A DNA stretch of 64,000 nt, taken from positions 191,209 through 255,208 of the forward strand of contig CAWDZZ010000004.1 of assembly GCA_963806595.1 (NCBI GenBank). Direction: 5' to 3'. Made by a program: the position numbers and the translations under genes. The notes beneath the pieces were generated by a model. The model saw only the letters and a list, made by a program, of their open reading frames with translations. It did no database searches and was not told where the DNA came from. Within the stretch, counting starts at the first letter, position 1, and each line of letters begins with the position of its first letter. This stretch comes from an uncultured Isosphaeraceae bacterium. Lineage in GTDB: Bacteria > Planctomycetota > Planctomycetia > Isosphaerales > Isosphaeraceae. Below, piece after piece: positions 1 through 12,479 of the stretch.

Positions 1-1782
1 TTGGAGATGGCCGAGGCGGCCGCCAAGGGGCTCGAACGCACACTCGGCCCCGACCACCCCTACACCCTTCTCACACTCAACAACCTCGCCATGGCGTACA
101 GGAATGCCGGCAAGTTCCCCGAGGCAGTCACCTTGCTCGAGCGCGTCGGCGACGCCAGTATCGCCAAGCTCGGCCCCGGACACCCCAACACCCTGTACAC
201 GCTCCAAAGCCTCGCCGCGGCGTACTCTGGCGTCGGCAGGCTCCCCGAGGCGATCGCCTTGCTCGAGCGCGTCCGCGACGCCCAGATCGCCAAGCGCGGA
301 CCCGATCACCCCGACACCCTGAGCACGCTCGACGACCTCACCGCGATGTACGCGGCTGCCGGCAGGCTCACCGAGGCGATCCCCCTGCTCGAGCGCGTCC
401 GCGACGCCCAGATTGCCAGGCTCGGCCCCGACCACCCCACCACCCTACACACGCTCCACAACCTCGCCTCGGCGTACCAGGCCGTCGGCAAGGACCCCGA
501 GGCAATCGCCCTGCTCGAGCGTGTCCGCGACGCCCGGATCGCCAAGCTCGGCCCCGACCACGCCGACACCCTGAATACGCTCAACAACGTCGCCAAGGCG
601 TACCAGGCCGTCGGCAAGGTCCCCGAGGCAATCGCTCTCTTCGAGCGCGTCCGCGACGCCCGGATCGCCAAGCTCGGCCCCGACCACCCCGAGACCCTGA
701 GCACGCTCCAGGGCCTGGCCGCGGCGTACTGGAGTTCAAAGCAACTCGACAAATCCGTGCCTCTGTTCGAGGACGTGCTCAAGCGGCAAGAGGCCGAGCT
801 CGGCCGCCAGCACCCGGATACGCAGTTGACGGTGGCCAACCTCGGGGTCAATTACAAGGATGCCGGCCGGCTCAAGGAGGCGATCCCACTGCTGGAAGAA
901 GCCCATCAATCGGCAAAACGGCTCGCAACATTGCGCTGGGTCGCCGATCCCTTGATCAACGCCTACATGAAGGCCGGTCGGTCGGCTGAGGCCGCGAAGC
1001 TGGCTCAGGATCTCCCCGACGACCCGAGCACCCCTATCGCGTTAGAAAACCTGGCCTTGGCGTACTGGTCTGCGAAACAACTCGACAAATCCGTGCCGTT
1101 GTTCGAGGACGTGCTCAAGCGGCGAGAGGCCACGCTCGGCCGCCAGCACTCGGATACGCAGTTGGCGGTGGCCAACCTCGGGGTCAATTACAAGGATGCC
1201 GGCCGGCTCAAGGAGGCGATCCCACTACTGCAAGAAGCCCATCAATCGGCGAAACGAATCCCATAGCTTCACTTCGTCGCCGACCAATTGATCGACGCGT
1301 ATTTGAAGGCGGGGGGCGAGGACGCCAAGCTCGCCGACTTGCTCCGCGAGCAATTGCCCGAGGCTCGAAAAACGCTGCCCGAGGACAGCCCCCGTCTGGC
1401 CGGCATGCTCGCCCAGACCGGTCTGAGTCTCCTGCAACAGAAGAAATGGACCGAGGCCGAACCGTTCCTCCGCGAAAGCCTGGCCATCCGCGAGAAAACT
1501 CAGCCTGACGTCTGGTCCACCTTCAACACCAAGTCGCTGCTCGGCGGGGCCATGCTGGGTCAGAAGAAGTACGCCGAAGCCGAACCGATGCTCTTGAAGG
1601 GTTACGAGGGTATGAAGGAACGGATGAAGGCGATCCCGCCTCAGGCGGCCACGCGCATCCCCGAGGCCCTCGACCGGCTGATCGAACTGTACACCGCCAT
1701 GAACAAGCCGGATGAAGTCACGAAGTGGCAGGCCGAGCGGGTGAACTATCCGAAGGACGCCCCGCCGCCGGAGAAGAAGTGA
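1..1782 (+). CDS. TPR-repeat C-terminal region (TPR_10/TPR_12, kinesin-light-chain-like) of a probable Ser/Thr kinase-TPR protein. The 5' end lies outside the window. An in-frame TAG at 1264-1266 splits the gene into ORFs 1-1266 and 1288-1782, which share one frame.
   Basis: Repeated '[30 protein letters not shown]' units. The tail '[26 protein letters not shown]...WQAERVNYPKDAPPPEKK' is paralogous to the tail of the kinase-TPR gene at 54.9-58.6 kb. A near-identical ~360-bp tandem duplication lies at ~720-1260. Confidence 0.7.
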
Positions 1783-1932
1783 AGACGGGTCAACCGGTGA
1801 GGGGATCGAGAGCTGGTCCCCGCGGAGCGACTCGCCACGGACGGTCGAAGCTGCCGTTGCCGCGCCTGAAGAAGCTCCCGTCGATGGAATCCTCATCCCG
1901 CACGGGAACGCACCTTTTCCGCCAATTTTGCT

Positions 1933-4679
1933 TCAATCTCTATCTTGGATCCGGATGGTGACCGGGTACTGCGCAGCGGGTCCCACTTGAAGCTCGAGCC
2001 GGCTGCCGCTTGAGCCGGTGGTGAACTTCGCGGGCAAGCCTTCGACCGCGATGCGTCCCGAGAGGCCGGAGAGCTGCATGGTCGTGGTGTGGGTGTCTCC
2101 CGAGCGGTTCTCCAGCGTGAAGCGAATTTCGCGCAAGGACGGGTCGATTCGGATCGGCTGGTCGGCGGCGAAACCGTCGCGATCGAGGATCAGGTGGAGT
2201 CGTCGCTCGCCGCGCACGACGTGCAGACGCTGTCGCAGGCCGTCCTTCGGGGTGACGGCGATGCCTTCGGGGGTTTCGGCGAGGTGGCCGCCGTAAGCGA
2301 TCGAGCCGAAGATCGGGTCGTCGGCGACGATCGTGGCGGCCGTGCGCAGGGCGCCGCAATAGCCCAGGTCTATCTCGCAGCCGTAGTACCAGGAGCCGCG
2401 CGGGTGCGACTTGCGCAGCCAGCTTGTCGCCCAGGCGCGAGGCTCGAAGCCGCCGCCGGCCGCACCGTCGTTTTCCTTGCCGGGATACCAATACCCGTAA
2501 TGCGATTCCGGCGTGCCGCTGTTCACAAGGGCCCAGGAGCTGAGGTAGGACGCGTAGCCCAGCCGGAGATAGTCGGCCGGCTGCCTGGCATAGTGCAATG
2601 CGTAATCGAGCACGCTCCAGCCGCCCATCTGGGACATGTAGCTAAGCGTGTAGCTGCCCCCCATCCCGGCGCGATAGTCGCTGCCGAGCAGATAGTACGC
2701 GGTTTCCAACCAACCGCGGTCCACGACGTTGGCCCGGATTTGTTTCTCCAGGAAGCGGTGGGCGGCATCACGGGTTATGGAGGCTCCGTCGGCCGCGGCG
2801 CCGCGTCGGGCCGTTCATCCGCTGGAGGGCCCACCGGGCCAGGGCGTGGGTCGATTCGAACCCCGTCGAGTCGAACGCGTACTCGGAGCCGAAAAGATAG
2901 GGGTCGTCGTTGACGAAATGGGCGACTTTCTTCTCCCAGTGGCCTCGCAGCTCCTGGGCCTGCTCGGTCTTTCCATTCTCCGTTAGCGCGTCGATCAACT
3001 CCGGGATGACGACTTCGTTGTACGTGCCGGTCGCGTAGGCCGACCAGCGCCGGATGGCCATGGGCACGGTGAAGAAGGCGCGGGCCGTGCCGAAGGCGCG
3101 CTCGAGATAGGCGTCGGCGGTCAGCTCGGTCTTGATTCCGTTATAGAGCCGGGCGATCTGGTACATCCGGTAATAGAGCAAGATGATGTGCGGGTAGTCG
3201 TAGATCCTCCACAGGTGCTGCCGGCCGTTAGGGCCGGGGTCCTTGCTCTCACGGTTGGTCTTCCAGTTGGGAATGCCGTAGATCGCGTAGGGAAAAGGAT
3301 CGGCCTCGGTGCACTGGAGTCCGCCCCAGACATAATGGTGGATGTAATAGTCGATGGCTGAAACTTCACGCTGATCGGGATATGAGACATTCTTGGAGGC
3401 GACGTAGGGCGCCTTGCACAGACCAGGATCGTCGCAGGCGACGATGTAGGCATTGAGGCCGTCGGCGTCGTCGGGACTGCGGAGGACCTGCTTGCGCTGG
3501 TCCCACTCTGAGAACAGGCCGTTGTACCACCTGGATGGATCGCGGTGCTGCTGATGGCTGACCAGGAAGCTCGCTCGCTTCTTGATCAGGGTTTCCAGCG
3601 GCTCGGTGACGAAGAACTCGAGAACAGCCGATTTCTTGCCCGCGTATCGGATCGTCAGCATATTCTCCCCCAGCCGGGAGAAGGTGACCTTGTAGATGTG
3701 GTTGTCCTGGCCGCGGGTGCCGAGATCCTCGATCCCGGTCTGATGGGGGAATTCGGCGGTGAGTGAGTCGATAGGATTCCGGGTGTGCAGGGAGATCAAA
3801 GCCGGGAGATCGGTCGGGACGGTCATGCCGGGAACGACGTTCACGTCCAAGAGATTCTCCGCGTAGAGGATGCTGCGGACGTCGGCATAATCTTCACCCC
3901 ATCGGCACTTGAAGCCATAGCTCGTGCGGTCGCCGGGCCGGCCACGGGGCGCGAGGGTGACTCCGGTATGTGCTTGCCGCCAGTTGCCGCCGCGGTCGCG
4001 GGCCCGAGCCCCGCGCCAGCCGAATGGAGAAACAGGCTCCAGGCGCGTCCGCCGCCGGAGCTGGGTATCCGCGTCGAAGTACTCGAGTCGCGTGTCGTCC
4101 ACGGGCGTGATGACCAGGTAGGGTCCGACGCTATTGGGGCGCATCAGGAAGAGGAACGAGCCGTGGCCGGAAATCCAGAAGTGGAGAATCTGCCGCTTGG
4201 TCTCGGTGGTCGTCTTATCCTGGGAGAAGCGCGTGTTGAAGGGCGTGGGGAATGCCAGGTCGGCGATTTCGAGCGGTGCCGCCGCCGAGGTTGCCCAGCG
4301 CGATGGTCCAGAGCAGCTCGCGGCTCTGGAGGGTAAACGACTCGATCAGCTCCAGGTCGGAATCGATCGTATACGTGATTTGATAGCCCGGCCGGTCCTT
4401 CGCGGCGTCGACGCGGGCGCTCGTGCCAGTCAGGCTGGAGGTTCGTACCGTCGTCCAGTCGCCGCCCGTTCGGCGATAGCCGATCACCAGCGTTCCCAGG
4501 AACTTGCCGTCCTGGATGTAGTCGGTGTCGAAGGCATCGTGGACGTGCTTGAGGCCAGCGATGCCACCCTTGCCGAGAGTCAGCGAGAACTGATCGTTGG
4601 CCAGTCGTTCCTGGCCGAATATTTCGGTCCAGGAGCCGAGGAAGACCAGAACCAACGCGACGCGCGCTGCGGATTTCAT
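1933..4679 (-). CDS. Large secreted hypothetical protein of about 900 aa with an N-terminal signal peptide (MKSAARVALVLVFLGSW...). ORF pieces 4215-4679, 2768-4144 and 1933-2724 are joined across two apparent 1-nt frameshifts near 4240 and 2800.
   Basis: Long ORFs with continuous plausible sequence across the frame changes. The translation of the alternative frame continues directly into the next ORF at both junctions. No family recognised. Confidence 0.55.
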
Positions 4680-4988
4680 GGTTCACCGCCCAGGGATGCC
4701 CGTGAATTGGGACCGGGAATCCCGATCATTAGACTTCTGCGCCGAGCTCGACGCAACTGGACCGGATAGCGAGCGTGAGCTCGTGGACGTACCAGCATGG
4801 CGGAATTCGCCATCCGCACGAGCGATGCGGAGGAGACACGATTTTCCACGGGATCGGCAAGTCGGAACTCGCCTTTCAGTTGAACTCTCGCGATGTTCAG
4901 TTTCTAATTTGGGGAGCCGTATCCGGCCCGAGCTCCGCGCAACGTCGAAGGTGTTGCCCCGGAATCCCTACTCTCGAGGAGCGTCTCC

Positions 4989-5678
4989 ATGAGCGACCAA
5001 CCAACTCTCGAAGGCCCCGGCCCTTCGAGGAATTTCCTCCCGGAGGTAAAGCCGCTGGAGAGCCGTGTGTTGTTGTCCCGTCAGGTGAGCTTTCCCGATG
5101 GCACCTCGTTCAATTTCCCGACGTTCCTCCATCTGCCCCGGACCGGAGGCGTCTCCGAGCAGAGTGGAACGGTCCTGGGCATCGGCGTCGGCCAGCCGAA
5201 GACCAACACCGTGCATGTAACCGATGAGGGCCAGGGGGGTATCCAGGCCGCGTGGAATGGTGGTCACACCCACTCGCTCACCGGCATCACGTCAATCGTC
5301 GTCCAGACCGAGAGGTCCAGGGGCAACCGGATCACGTTCAATCTGACCGGCTCCCGGACTGGTCCGACGGCCGTCGCGGTTGGTTCGCAGGTTCAGACGG
5401 ACGTCGATCTCCCGAGCGCGGGTGCACATCCAGAGAAACTGGGCGCCGTCGAGGTCCGTCGAACTAGCGGCATCGGCGTCCAGTCCGGTTCCGTCCTGAC
5501 TGTCACCGCGGACAAACGCACGACCAATACCGTGGAGATAAGCAATAGCGGAGGGGGCGCTGTCGCGGTGGATTGGAATGGTGGTGCCGTTCAGTCCTTC
5601 GCGGGGATCGCAACGATCGTCGTGGACACCCACCACGCTCGGAAAGACCTGGTCGCTCTCCACGACGTTACCGATTGA
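4989..5678 (+). CDS. Hypothetical protein with two internal ~45-aa repeats (NTVxV...GGxxAxWNGG...IxxIVV).
   Basis: Intact 229-aa ORF with plausible codon usage. The internal duplication is visible in the translation. Confidence 0.45.
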   Translation: MSDQPTLEGPGPSRNFLPEVKPLESRVLLSRQVSFPDGTSFNFPTFLHLPRTGGVSEQSGTVLGIGVGQPKTNTVHVTDEGQGGIQAAWNGGHTHSLTGITSIVVQTERSRGNRITFNLTGSRTGPTAVAVGSQVQTDVDLPSAGAHPEKLGAVEVRRTSGIGVQSGSVLTVTADKRTTNTVEISNSGGGAVAVDWNGGAVQSFAGIATIVVDTHHARKDLVALHDVTD

Positions 5679-8087
5679 TTGGGTCTCGCGCGGCCAGCCG
5701 GCGCTCCCAGATGCCGACATAGGCCGCCTCCAGGTCGCGGGCCAACCGCTCGGCGTCCATCAGTGGAGAGCGACTCATTCGCTCGCGTAATCCGGAGCGT
5801 AGATCGGCCAGGCGCGCGAGGTCGCCGGCCAGTGCGGTTGCGATCCGCACGTAGTCTTCGGGCGTCTGTGCGAGCAGCTCGTCCAGGCCGACGGTCCGCA
5901 GGAACCGGACTCCCTGGCGCGAGACGTTCATATGGCCGGACTGGCTGATCACGGGCACCCCCATCCACAGGGCATCACACGTGGTGGTCACGCCATTGTA
6001 AGGAAACGGGTCAAAGGCGATGTCCACGGCGTGGTACAGCTCGAGGTAGGCGAACCGGGTCGCCGTCGGTCCGGCGAAGAACAGCCGCTCGGGGGCGATG
6101 CCGCAGGCCGTGAGGAGGTCACGGATCCGTTCCTCGGCCGAGAGACCGGCCCCGGTGCGGAGCAAAAGGCGGGAGCCGGGAACAGCCGCCAGCGCACGCG
6201 ACCAGACGGCCAGGACTTCGTCCGAGACCTTGGCCGGGTTGTTCAAGCAACCGAAGGTGACGTGGCCGGACTGCCGGGCCGGCGGCTCGGGTCGGACCTC
6301 CGGCGCGGGGCCGGGTGCGTAACAGAGCACGCACTCGGGCAAGCGGATGAGCGACTCCTGGTAGTGTGCCTCCGACAGGCCCGGGGGGTCGGCGTGAGCG
6401 TCCGTGATGTAGTAGTCCATGGCCGAGAGGCCGGTCGTCCCCAGGTAGCCCAGGTAGGACACCTGGATGGGTGCCGGGTTGCGGGCGAATGCCCGTAGCC
6501 GGTTCCCGCCCGTATGACCGGCCAGGTCGACCAGGATCTCGATGTCGTCCTGGCGGATCCGCTCGGCGGCCCGCGCGTCGGAGAGCCCGACCAGCGATCG
6601 CCAGCAGTCGGCGTAGCCCTGGAGGCGTCGCGTGAAGGCATCGGGTCGCGAGACGTCGGCGTAGCAGAAGATCTCGAAGCGATGATGGTCATGGGCGGCG
6701 AGGATCGGCTCCAGGAAGGAGACGACGGGGTGCTCGCGGAAGTCGGACGAGACGTAGCCGATCCGCAGGCGTCGCTCGGCCGGGGACCGGGTCGGGCGCG
6801 GCTCGCACGCTCCGGCCAGGGGTTCCGCGTGTTGACGAGCGTAACACCGAGCCTCGACGAGAATCTCCCGAGCGTCGGCGCCGGGCTGGTAGTGCATGGC
6901 CAGGAGCAGGTTGCTGTGGACGGGTGCGTCATCCGGCCGCGAGGCCAGGGCCTGGCGGTAGTAGGCGATGGCCTCGGCCGCTCGCCCCTGGTCCATGCAG
7001 GCATTCGCGAGATTGGTGAGCGCCCCAAAATGGTCGGGGTCGATCCGCACGGCGTGCTCGAAGGAAGCCAGGGCCCGATCGGGCTCGCCCTGGGCGCTGC
7101 ACGCCAGGCCAAGGTTGTTGCGGGCGTCCACCAGGTTCGGCTGGAGCTCGATCGCCCGCTCGAAGCGCAGCAACGCGTCCGCCGCCCGGCCCTGATTCAA
7201 GAGCGCCAGGCCGAGATTGTTGTGCACCTCGGCCAGGTCGGGTTCGAGGTAGAGCGCCTGCTCGAAACTGAGCCGCGCCTCCTCCAGTCGGTCCAGGGCC
7301 ATCAGGGCAAGCCCAATATTCGAGTACGCCCCGACGCAGTCCGGCCAGAGCCGGAGGGCCTGCTCGTAGCGGGCGACCGCCGCTTCGAGCTCGCCGCGAT
7401 CCATCAGCATGCCGGCCAGTTCGGCGAGCGGACCGGGGTCCTCGGGACGCAACCGCGCGGCCTGCTCATAGCAGGACACCGCCTCATCGTGCTGGCCGAG
7501 CCCGCGCAGTACGTGGCCCAGGTTGAGCCAAGCCTTATCGAGTTCGGGCTGGAGCTGGACGGCCCGGCGATAGCATTCGACAGCCTGATCGTACTCGCCC
7601 AGCATTGCCAAGGCGTCGCCCAGGCAGCGAGACGCCACTGGATCGTCGGGCTGAAGTGCGAGGGCGCGGCGGAAGCAGAGCGCGGCCCCATCGGGATCGC
7701 CCTGCCTGATCCGGACGATGCCCTGGTTGTGGTGCGCTTCGGGGTAGTCGGGCCGGAGTCGCGTGGCCGCACGCAAGCAGTCGAGCCCTCATCGAGCCGG
7801 CCCTGCTCCAAGAGCGCGACTCCGAGATCGTTAGAGAGGACCTCGTCCGCGGGGCGCAGCGCGAGGGCGCGACGCAAACTGGTCACGGCCTCATCGGGCC
7901 GTCCGAGGGCCTGGCAGACACGTCCGAGCCCCGCCCAGAGCTCGGCATCGCCGGGTTGGTTCTGGAGGGCCTGGCGGTAGAGCTGCTCGGCGTGGCCCAG
8001 GGCGCCGAAGCGATGGAAACGGGCGGCGAGAGCAGGAATGTCGGCTGGAGAGATCATAAGGGCGCCCGGCGCGGGCCTCCCGAGCAA
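5668..8087 (-). CDS. TPR-repeat glycosyltransferase of the GT41 family (O-GlcNAc-transferase/SPINDLY-like). There is one apparent frameshift near 7790, between ORFs 7404-8087 and 5668-7776.
   Basis: N-terminal TPR array followed by the characteristic GT41 C-terminal domain (RIGYVSSDFREHPV...LVDLAGHTGGNRL...YLGYLGTTG...). Confidence 0.8.
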
Positions 8088-8527
8088 AGCCCCGACCGCG
8101 GGCCAGCCATCCGGTCCTCGGCGGGCTGGTCCGCCCGAGTGGTTGTCGCGTTCGCATGCTCGAGCGCTTCACAACTCCATAGTCAAGCGGTAAGCGGTGC
8201 GACCTTGTCTCCTTCCCGTCTGTCAGACCGAAGTATGGCCACTTCCGACCGCTCCGAGCCACTCTTCTGTCAATTGCGCTGAACGATTTGCTGCAACTTT
8301 CGCCTCGGATTCGCGTGACGGCGCGTCCCGATTCCGGACCGGCCTGGGCGCGTCGGTGTGATCGACGAATGGCACGTAGTTTTATTGACGCCTGGGTTTC
8401 GGCGATTATGCTCGAGCATTCTGCTGGGAGACCCAGAAGATCGGTGGCAGTGATCAAGGGCCAGTCGCAGGCCGACGTCTTGCAGGCCCCGACGGATGGT
8501 CAAGGAAGCCTCGACAGAAGAACAAGA

Positions 8528-9977
8528 ATGCCGCTATCGGTTTCGGCCATTGCGATTGGAGCTTGCTGCCTGGTCACGACATCGACTCTGCTAGCACAGG
8601 ATGGTCCCGCGACCAAGAGCGCCGGTCTCGACCGCGCACCTTCCAGGAGGGCCGGTGAGAAGCCTGCGACGATCGCGGAGCCTGGCATCACCATCCTGGC
8701 GACATTCGCGGGCGATACCGGCCCCGGCCCGAAGGATGCGCCCGACAATGCCGGCGCGGTTGGGCCAAACCATGTCGTCGATTTCACGAACGCCAATGTC
8801 GTGATCCACGACAAGAAAACCGGCCAGGTTCTCCAGCGACGGACCCAGACCGAGTTCTGGAAAAACACCAAGCCCGCCTTCAACTTCCCCAAGCTCAACG
8901 ATCCGCGCCTCCTGTACGATCCGCTTACCAATCGCTGGTTCGCAGTCGTCGCCGAGCTGGCGGCAGGATCGGTGGGCTACCTGGCGGTTTCTGATTCATC
9001 CGACCCTACCAAGGGTTGGAATGCGGCGAAACTCCCCATGGAACCGACCAATCCCGGGATGAAATTGGGGGTGGACAAGAACGGGCTGTATATCGCTTAC
9101 TACGTCCTGACGGGTGACACTCATACCATGATGAGCGTTCATGCGATTCCCATCGCTGACGCCATCGCACAAGGTGGGCCCAGCATGGCCCATTTGCAGA
9201 CGTTTTCCAAACTTGAGATCGAATGTTTCCCCGCGACGGATCCGGACCCAAATAAATCGCCCGATGCCCCGGCGATTCTACTGAACCACGAGTTTGGCAA
9301 TACGTTTTCCAAGATGTTCATGTACAAGATCACCTGGAACAGGAAATCGCGACCATTTCCAAATTGCAGACGATCCCGCTTGAGCAAGACCTACATCATC
9401 CCCAATGGCTCCTCGCTCAAGAACCAGGCGATTCAGCCGGCCCCCGGCGAGAAAGCTCCGGGCCGACGAGGGCCGCCGCACGCTTTGCGTTTTTCAGCAC
9501 GGCGGCAGCCTCTTCACCTGTAATGAGGCCAAGCGCACGATCGACTCGCGTTGCGGTATCTTCTGGTGCGAGGTTCGAGCCAGCGACGGCATTGTGCTCC
9601 AGGAAGGATTTGTTGACGAACCGGGCTGTGACTATCTCGTTCCCTCGCTGGCTGTCGATGCCGACGGCAACATTGGACTGGGCTGCACCCGGACATCCGC
9701 GACAGAGTATCCATCCGTTGTCGTCATGATGCACGCGGCCGCCGATCCACCAAACACGATGCGGCCGCCTGTCCTGGCAGCGAAGGGGACAACCATCTTT
9801 GCAAGCAGAACAATGAGCGAATATGGAATCGCATGGGGAAATTACAATGCAACATGCGTGGATCCTTCGAATCCGACGATTCTCTGGACCGTTCAGCAAT
9901 ATGCGAGGAGCTCGCTTCCGGGCCAATACACCACGTGCTGGGTCGCATTCGAGCGAAGCCTGGCAGCAGCCAAATAG
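8528..9977 (+). CDS. Secreted hypothetical protein with a signal peptide (MPLSVSAIAIGACCLVTTSTLLAQ). One apparent frameshift lies around 9400-9520.
   Basis: ORFs 8288-9523 and 9405-9977 overlap in different frames with continuous protein-like sequence. The start is inferred at the internal Met that precedes the hydrophobic segment. Confidence 0.5.
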
Positions 9978-10440
9978 AGCTTGTAGGGCCCGCTGTCAGG
10001 CCACTTCGCCATGACGCTGTGTAGCCCGAGGGCCGGCCGTGCAAAAGCGGCGGCCAGTCCGGTGTCGAGCGAGTTGGCGGGGGCCTGGGTAATGTCAGCG
10101 GCCTGGTGCGGGTCGCGCGGGGCGTTCATGCTCGGATCTCCGCATTCGGAGGATTCCCGAAGGGACATCGTCAATGAGGAGGACACCAGCGGACACCAGG
10201 CGCCTGCTCCCCACCGACTTCGCAGCGCGGTCGCACGTTCGCCTTCGGTCCAATTCACTCGACGTCCTGAATAGCAAGCCAGCCCGGCTGGTGCTATTGT
10301 GGATGAGACCTGATTTGGGACATATTGCGTTCAGGAACGAGGGGTTGCGGTGTCATTGCATTGCGGCCCCAGTGCGAGCGAAAAGCTTGCGGGCCAGGTT
10401 CAAATCCTGGACCGCCAGCTCTTGATCACCGGAGGTTGAC

Positions 10441-11088
10441 GATGACCATCACGGTGGGGGCGGAGGCGACGCTTGCGGATGTCTTGCAGCAACTCGGTGG
10501 GATTTCACCCAGGAGGGTTCGCTGCAATCCCCCACTCGGGACCGCCACCGAAAAGGATGTAATCCGGATTCGTGCCCGCGAGCGCCGTCTCTTCGAGCTC
10601 GTCCACGGCGTGCTGGTGGAGAAGGTCATGGGTTACTGGGAGTCCGTACTCGGAATCGAGCTGGCGCGTCTCCTGGGAAACTTTATCAATCGACACAAAT
10701 CGGGCAGCCTGGCCGGTGCTGATGGAATGCTCCGATTGTCCCCAGGCCTCGTGCGGATTCCGGACCTGTCTTTCGTTTCGCGTGCCAGACTGCGCACCAT
10801 CGCCGCGCCCGCGCACCGATTCTTCCGCTCGCTCCCGATCTTGCCGTTGAAGTGCTCTCCGAGGGCAATACTCGCCGTGAGATGGAACGAAAAGTAAGTG
10901 AATACTTCGATGCGGGTTGTCGACTTGTCTGGCTCGTCGATCCACGTACCCGAACTGTAGCTGTCTACACCTCCACCGCAGACGTAGTCACGCTTACGCA
11001 GAAGCAAACGCTGACCGGTGGCGACGTCCTACCCGGCTTCCGGCTCCCGCTTCGAAATCTGTTTGGTCTGATCGACGGCACGGATTGA
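10441..11088 (+). CDS. Uma2-family endonuclease (DUF820, putative restriction-endonuclease-like) with one apparent frameshift near 10810-10850.
   Basis: The C-terminal motif '...EVLSEGNTRREMERKVSEYFDAGCRLVWLVDPRTRTVAVY' is typical of the Uma2 family. The N-terminal part lies in ORF 10325-10897. Confidence 0.7.
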
Positions 11089-11499
11089 GCCAGGTACTGC
11101 GAGCACCGCGAACCCCGCCGGAGTCGCATTCCGAAGCACGCTCACCAATTCGGCGTTCGCGATCGGCCCATTACGGCCGGCGGTCGTCGATCAATTGCTC
11201 CACCTTTCCGGTGGGACCCTGGCTCGGGTGCTGGTTTCTCAGTGAGGTCCGCCGCGCCGTCTGGATCAATCCGGCGATCAAGGGGGAGCTCAGCAATCAG
11301 AGGCACTCTGCGCGCACCGTCGGATTGATAACGACTGTCCCGTTTACGCGGCGGAGTCGCGGGTGCTAGTCTGAATCGAGGGTGCACCGCGTGATGTTCG
11401 CGATTCGAGGCGGCAGATCACGAGTTTTGGCGGCGCGTCACGGAAACGAGCGCCGCTCGCCGCATCGATTGATGAGCGCAGGCCGACCGGATCACGGTC

Positions 11500-12309
11500 G
11501 TGGGAGTGCACATCATGACGAATATGCTCTTGGTCGCGACGATGGTGTTGCTCACGCAAACGAAGGCGGCCGGCAAGGCAGACGATACGCTGGACCTCAT
11601 GAAGTCGGCCGCGTCTTCCTACACGTTCACCTTCGACAGCGAGGGGAGTGAGCCATTGCGGCTCCGGGACGAGCCGGCGTTTCGACTCGGCCGGCAGCCG
11701 GCCGACAACCTGATGGACGGCGCGATTTTCTTATGGCTTGACGAACTGGGTCGCCCGACGGTGGCCGCGCAAATCTTCGCATGGAAGGATCAAGGGACCG
11801 AGTGGAACTGGCGGCACGAGTTCATGTCGCTCGCGACCGGGAGCTTGCGGGGCGAGCGCACGGGCCGAGCCGGCTGGTCTCCTCGCCGGGGGGGTGTCGA
11901 GTTCCGCGCGGTGCCAGGCGCTCCTGAGCCCGCCGATTCGCATCGCGTGCGCACCAGCCAGATGAAAGCGATCGCTCGGGAATTTCGATGCTCTGACCAC
12001 TTCAAAAACAAAGAGTGGGTCGAGCTCCGCTTGCTGCCGACTCCGATCGCGACCTACGGCAAGGCCGGGACAAAACTCGTCGATGGCGCACTCTTTGCCC
12101 TGGCGATGGGCACGGACCCGGAGGCCTGCCTGTTCGTCGAAGTTCGCGAGGGCGCGCACGGACCCGAATGGCAGTACGCATTCGCGCCGCTGACGTGCTA
12201 CGAGCTGAAGGCGACCCATCGAGAAAAGCCGGTTTGGTCTAGCCCGTTTCACGACCCGGGCCGGTCCGACGACCCGTCCGAGCAATATTTTAACGTTCCA
12301 GTGCGTTAA
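11500..12309 (+). CDS. Hypothetical secreted protein; the signal-like segment MTNMLLVATMVLLTQTKAAG suggests the true start is at the internal Met.
   Basis: Intact 269-aa ORF ending in TAA. No recognisable domain. Confidence 0.5.
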   Translation: MGVHIMTNMLLVATMVLLTQTKAAGKADDTLDLMKSAASSYTFTFDSEGSEPLRLRDEPAFRLGRQPADNLMDGAIFLWLDELGRPTVAAQIFAWKDQGTEWNWRHEFMSLATGSLRGERTGRAGWSPRRGGVEFRAVPGAPEPADSHRVRTSQMKAIAREFRCSDHFKNKEWVELRLLPTPIATYGKAGTKLVDGALFALAMGTDPEACLFVEVREGAHGPEWQYAFAPLTCYELKATHREKPVWSSPFHDPGRSDDPSEQYFNVPVR

Positions 12310-12479
12310 CTCGCGCGGCCAGCGATCCTTTGACGGGGCTCGTCGCGGAGATTCGCGCGCATCGACGCCGCCCTATCGGCTTTGGCGAGATCGCGGTCTC
12401 TTCAACGATTTTCGGCTCGAGCGTCAAGATGGATTTGCCACGGCGATGCCGGCTTCGATGATGCGGCATTGCATGACGG

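Noticed and set aside
6243-7112. Long antisense or alternative-frame ORFs overlapping the GT41 gene, and similar R/P/A-rich ORFs across the window (for example 1225-1896, 18530-19489, 18562-19878, 34092-35594, 55604-56770)
   Set aside because: These are high-GC frame artefacts. They have no domain signatures and overlap well-supported genes on the other strand or frame.
9893-10258. 121-aa minus-strand ORF downstream of the secreted protein gene
   Set aside because: No start context, no domain, and it overlaps the 3' end of gene 8528-9977. It is possibly a small protein, but the evidence is insufficient.
10330-10420. Full-length tRNA gene
   Set aside because: Only the anticodon-like arm, T-arm and 3' acceptor strand are recognisable. 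No D-arm or complementary 5' acceptor strand is present, and the anticodon loop lacks U33. It is kept only as a tRNA-like fragment in the findings.
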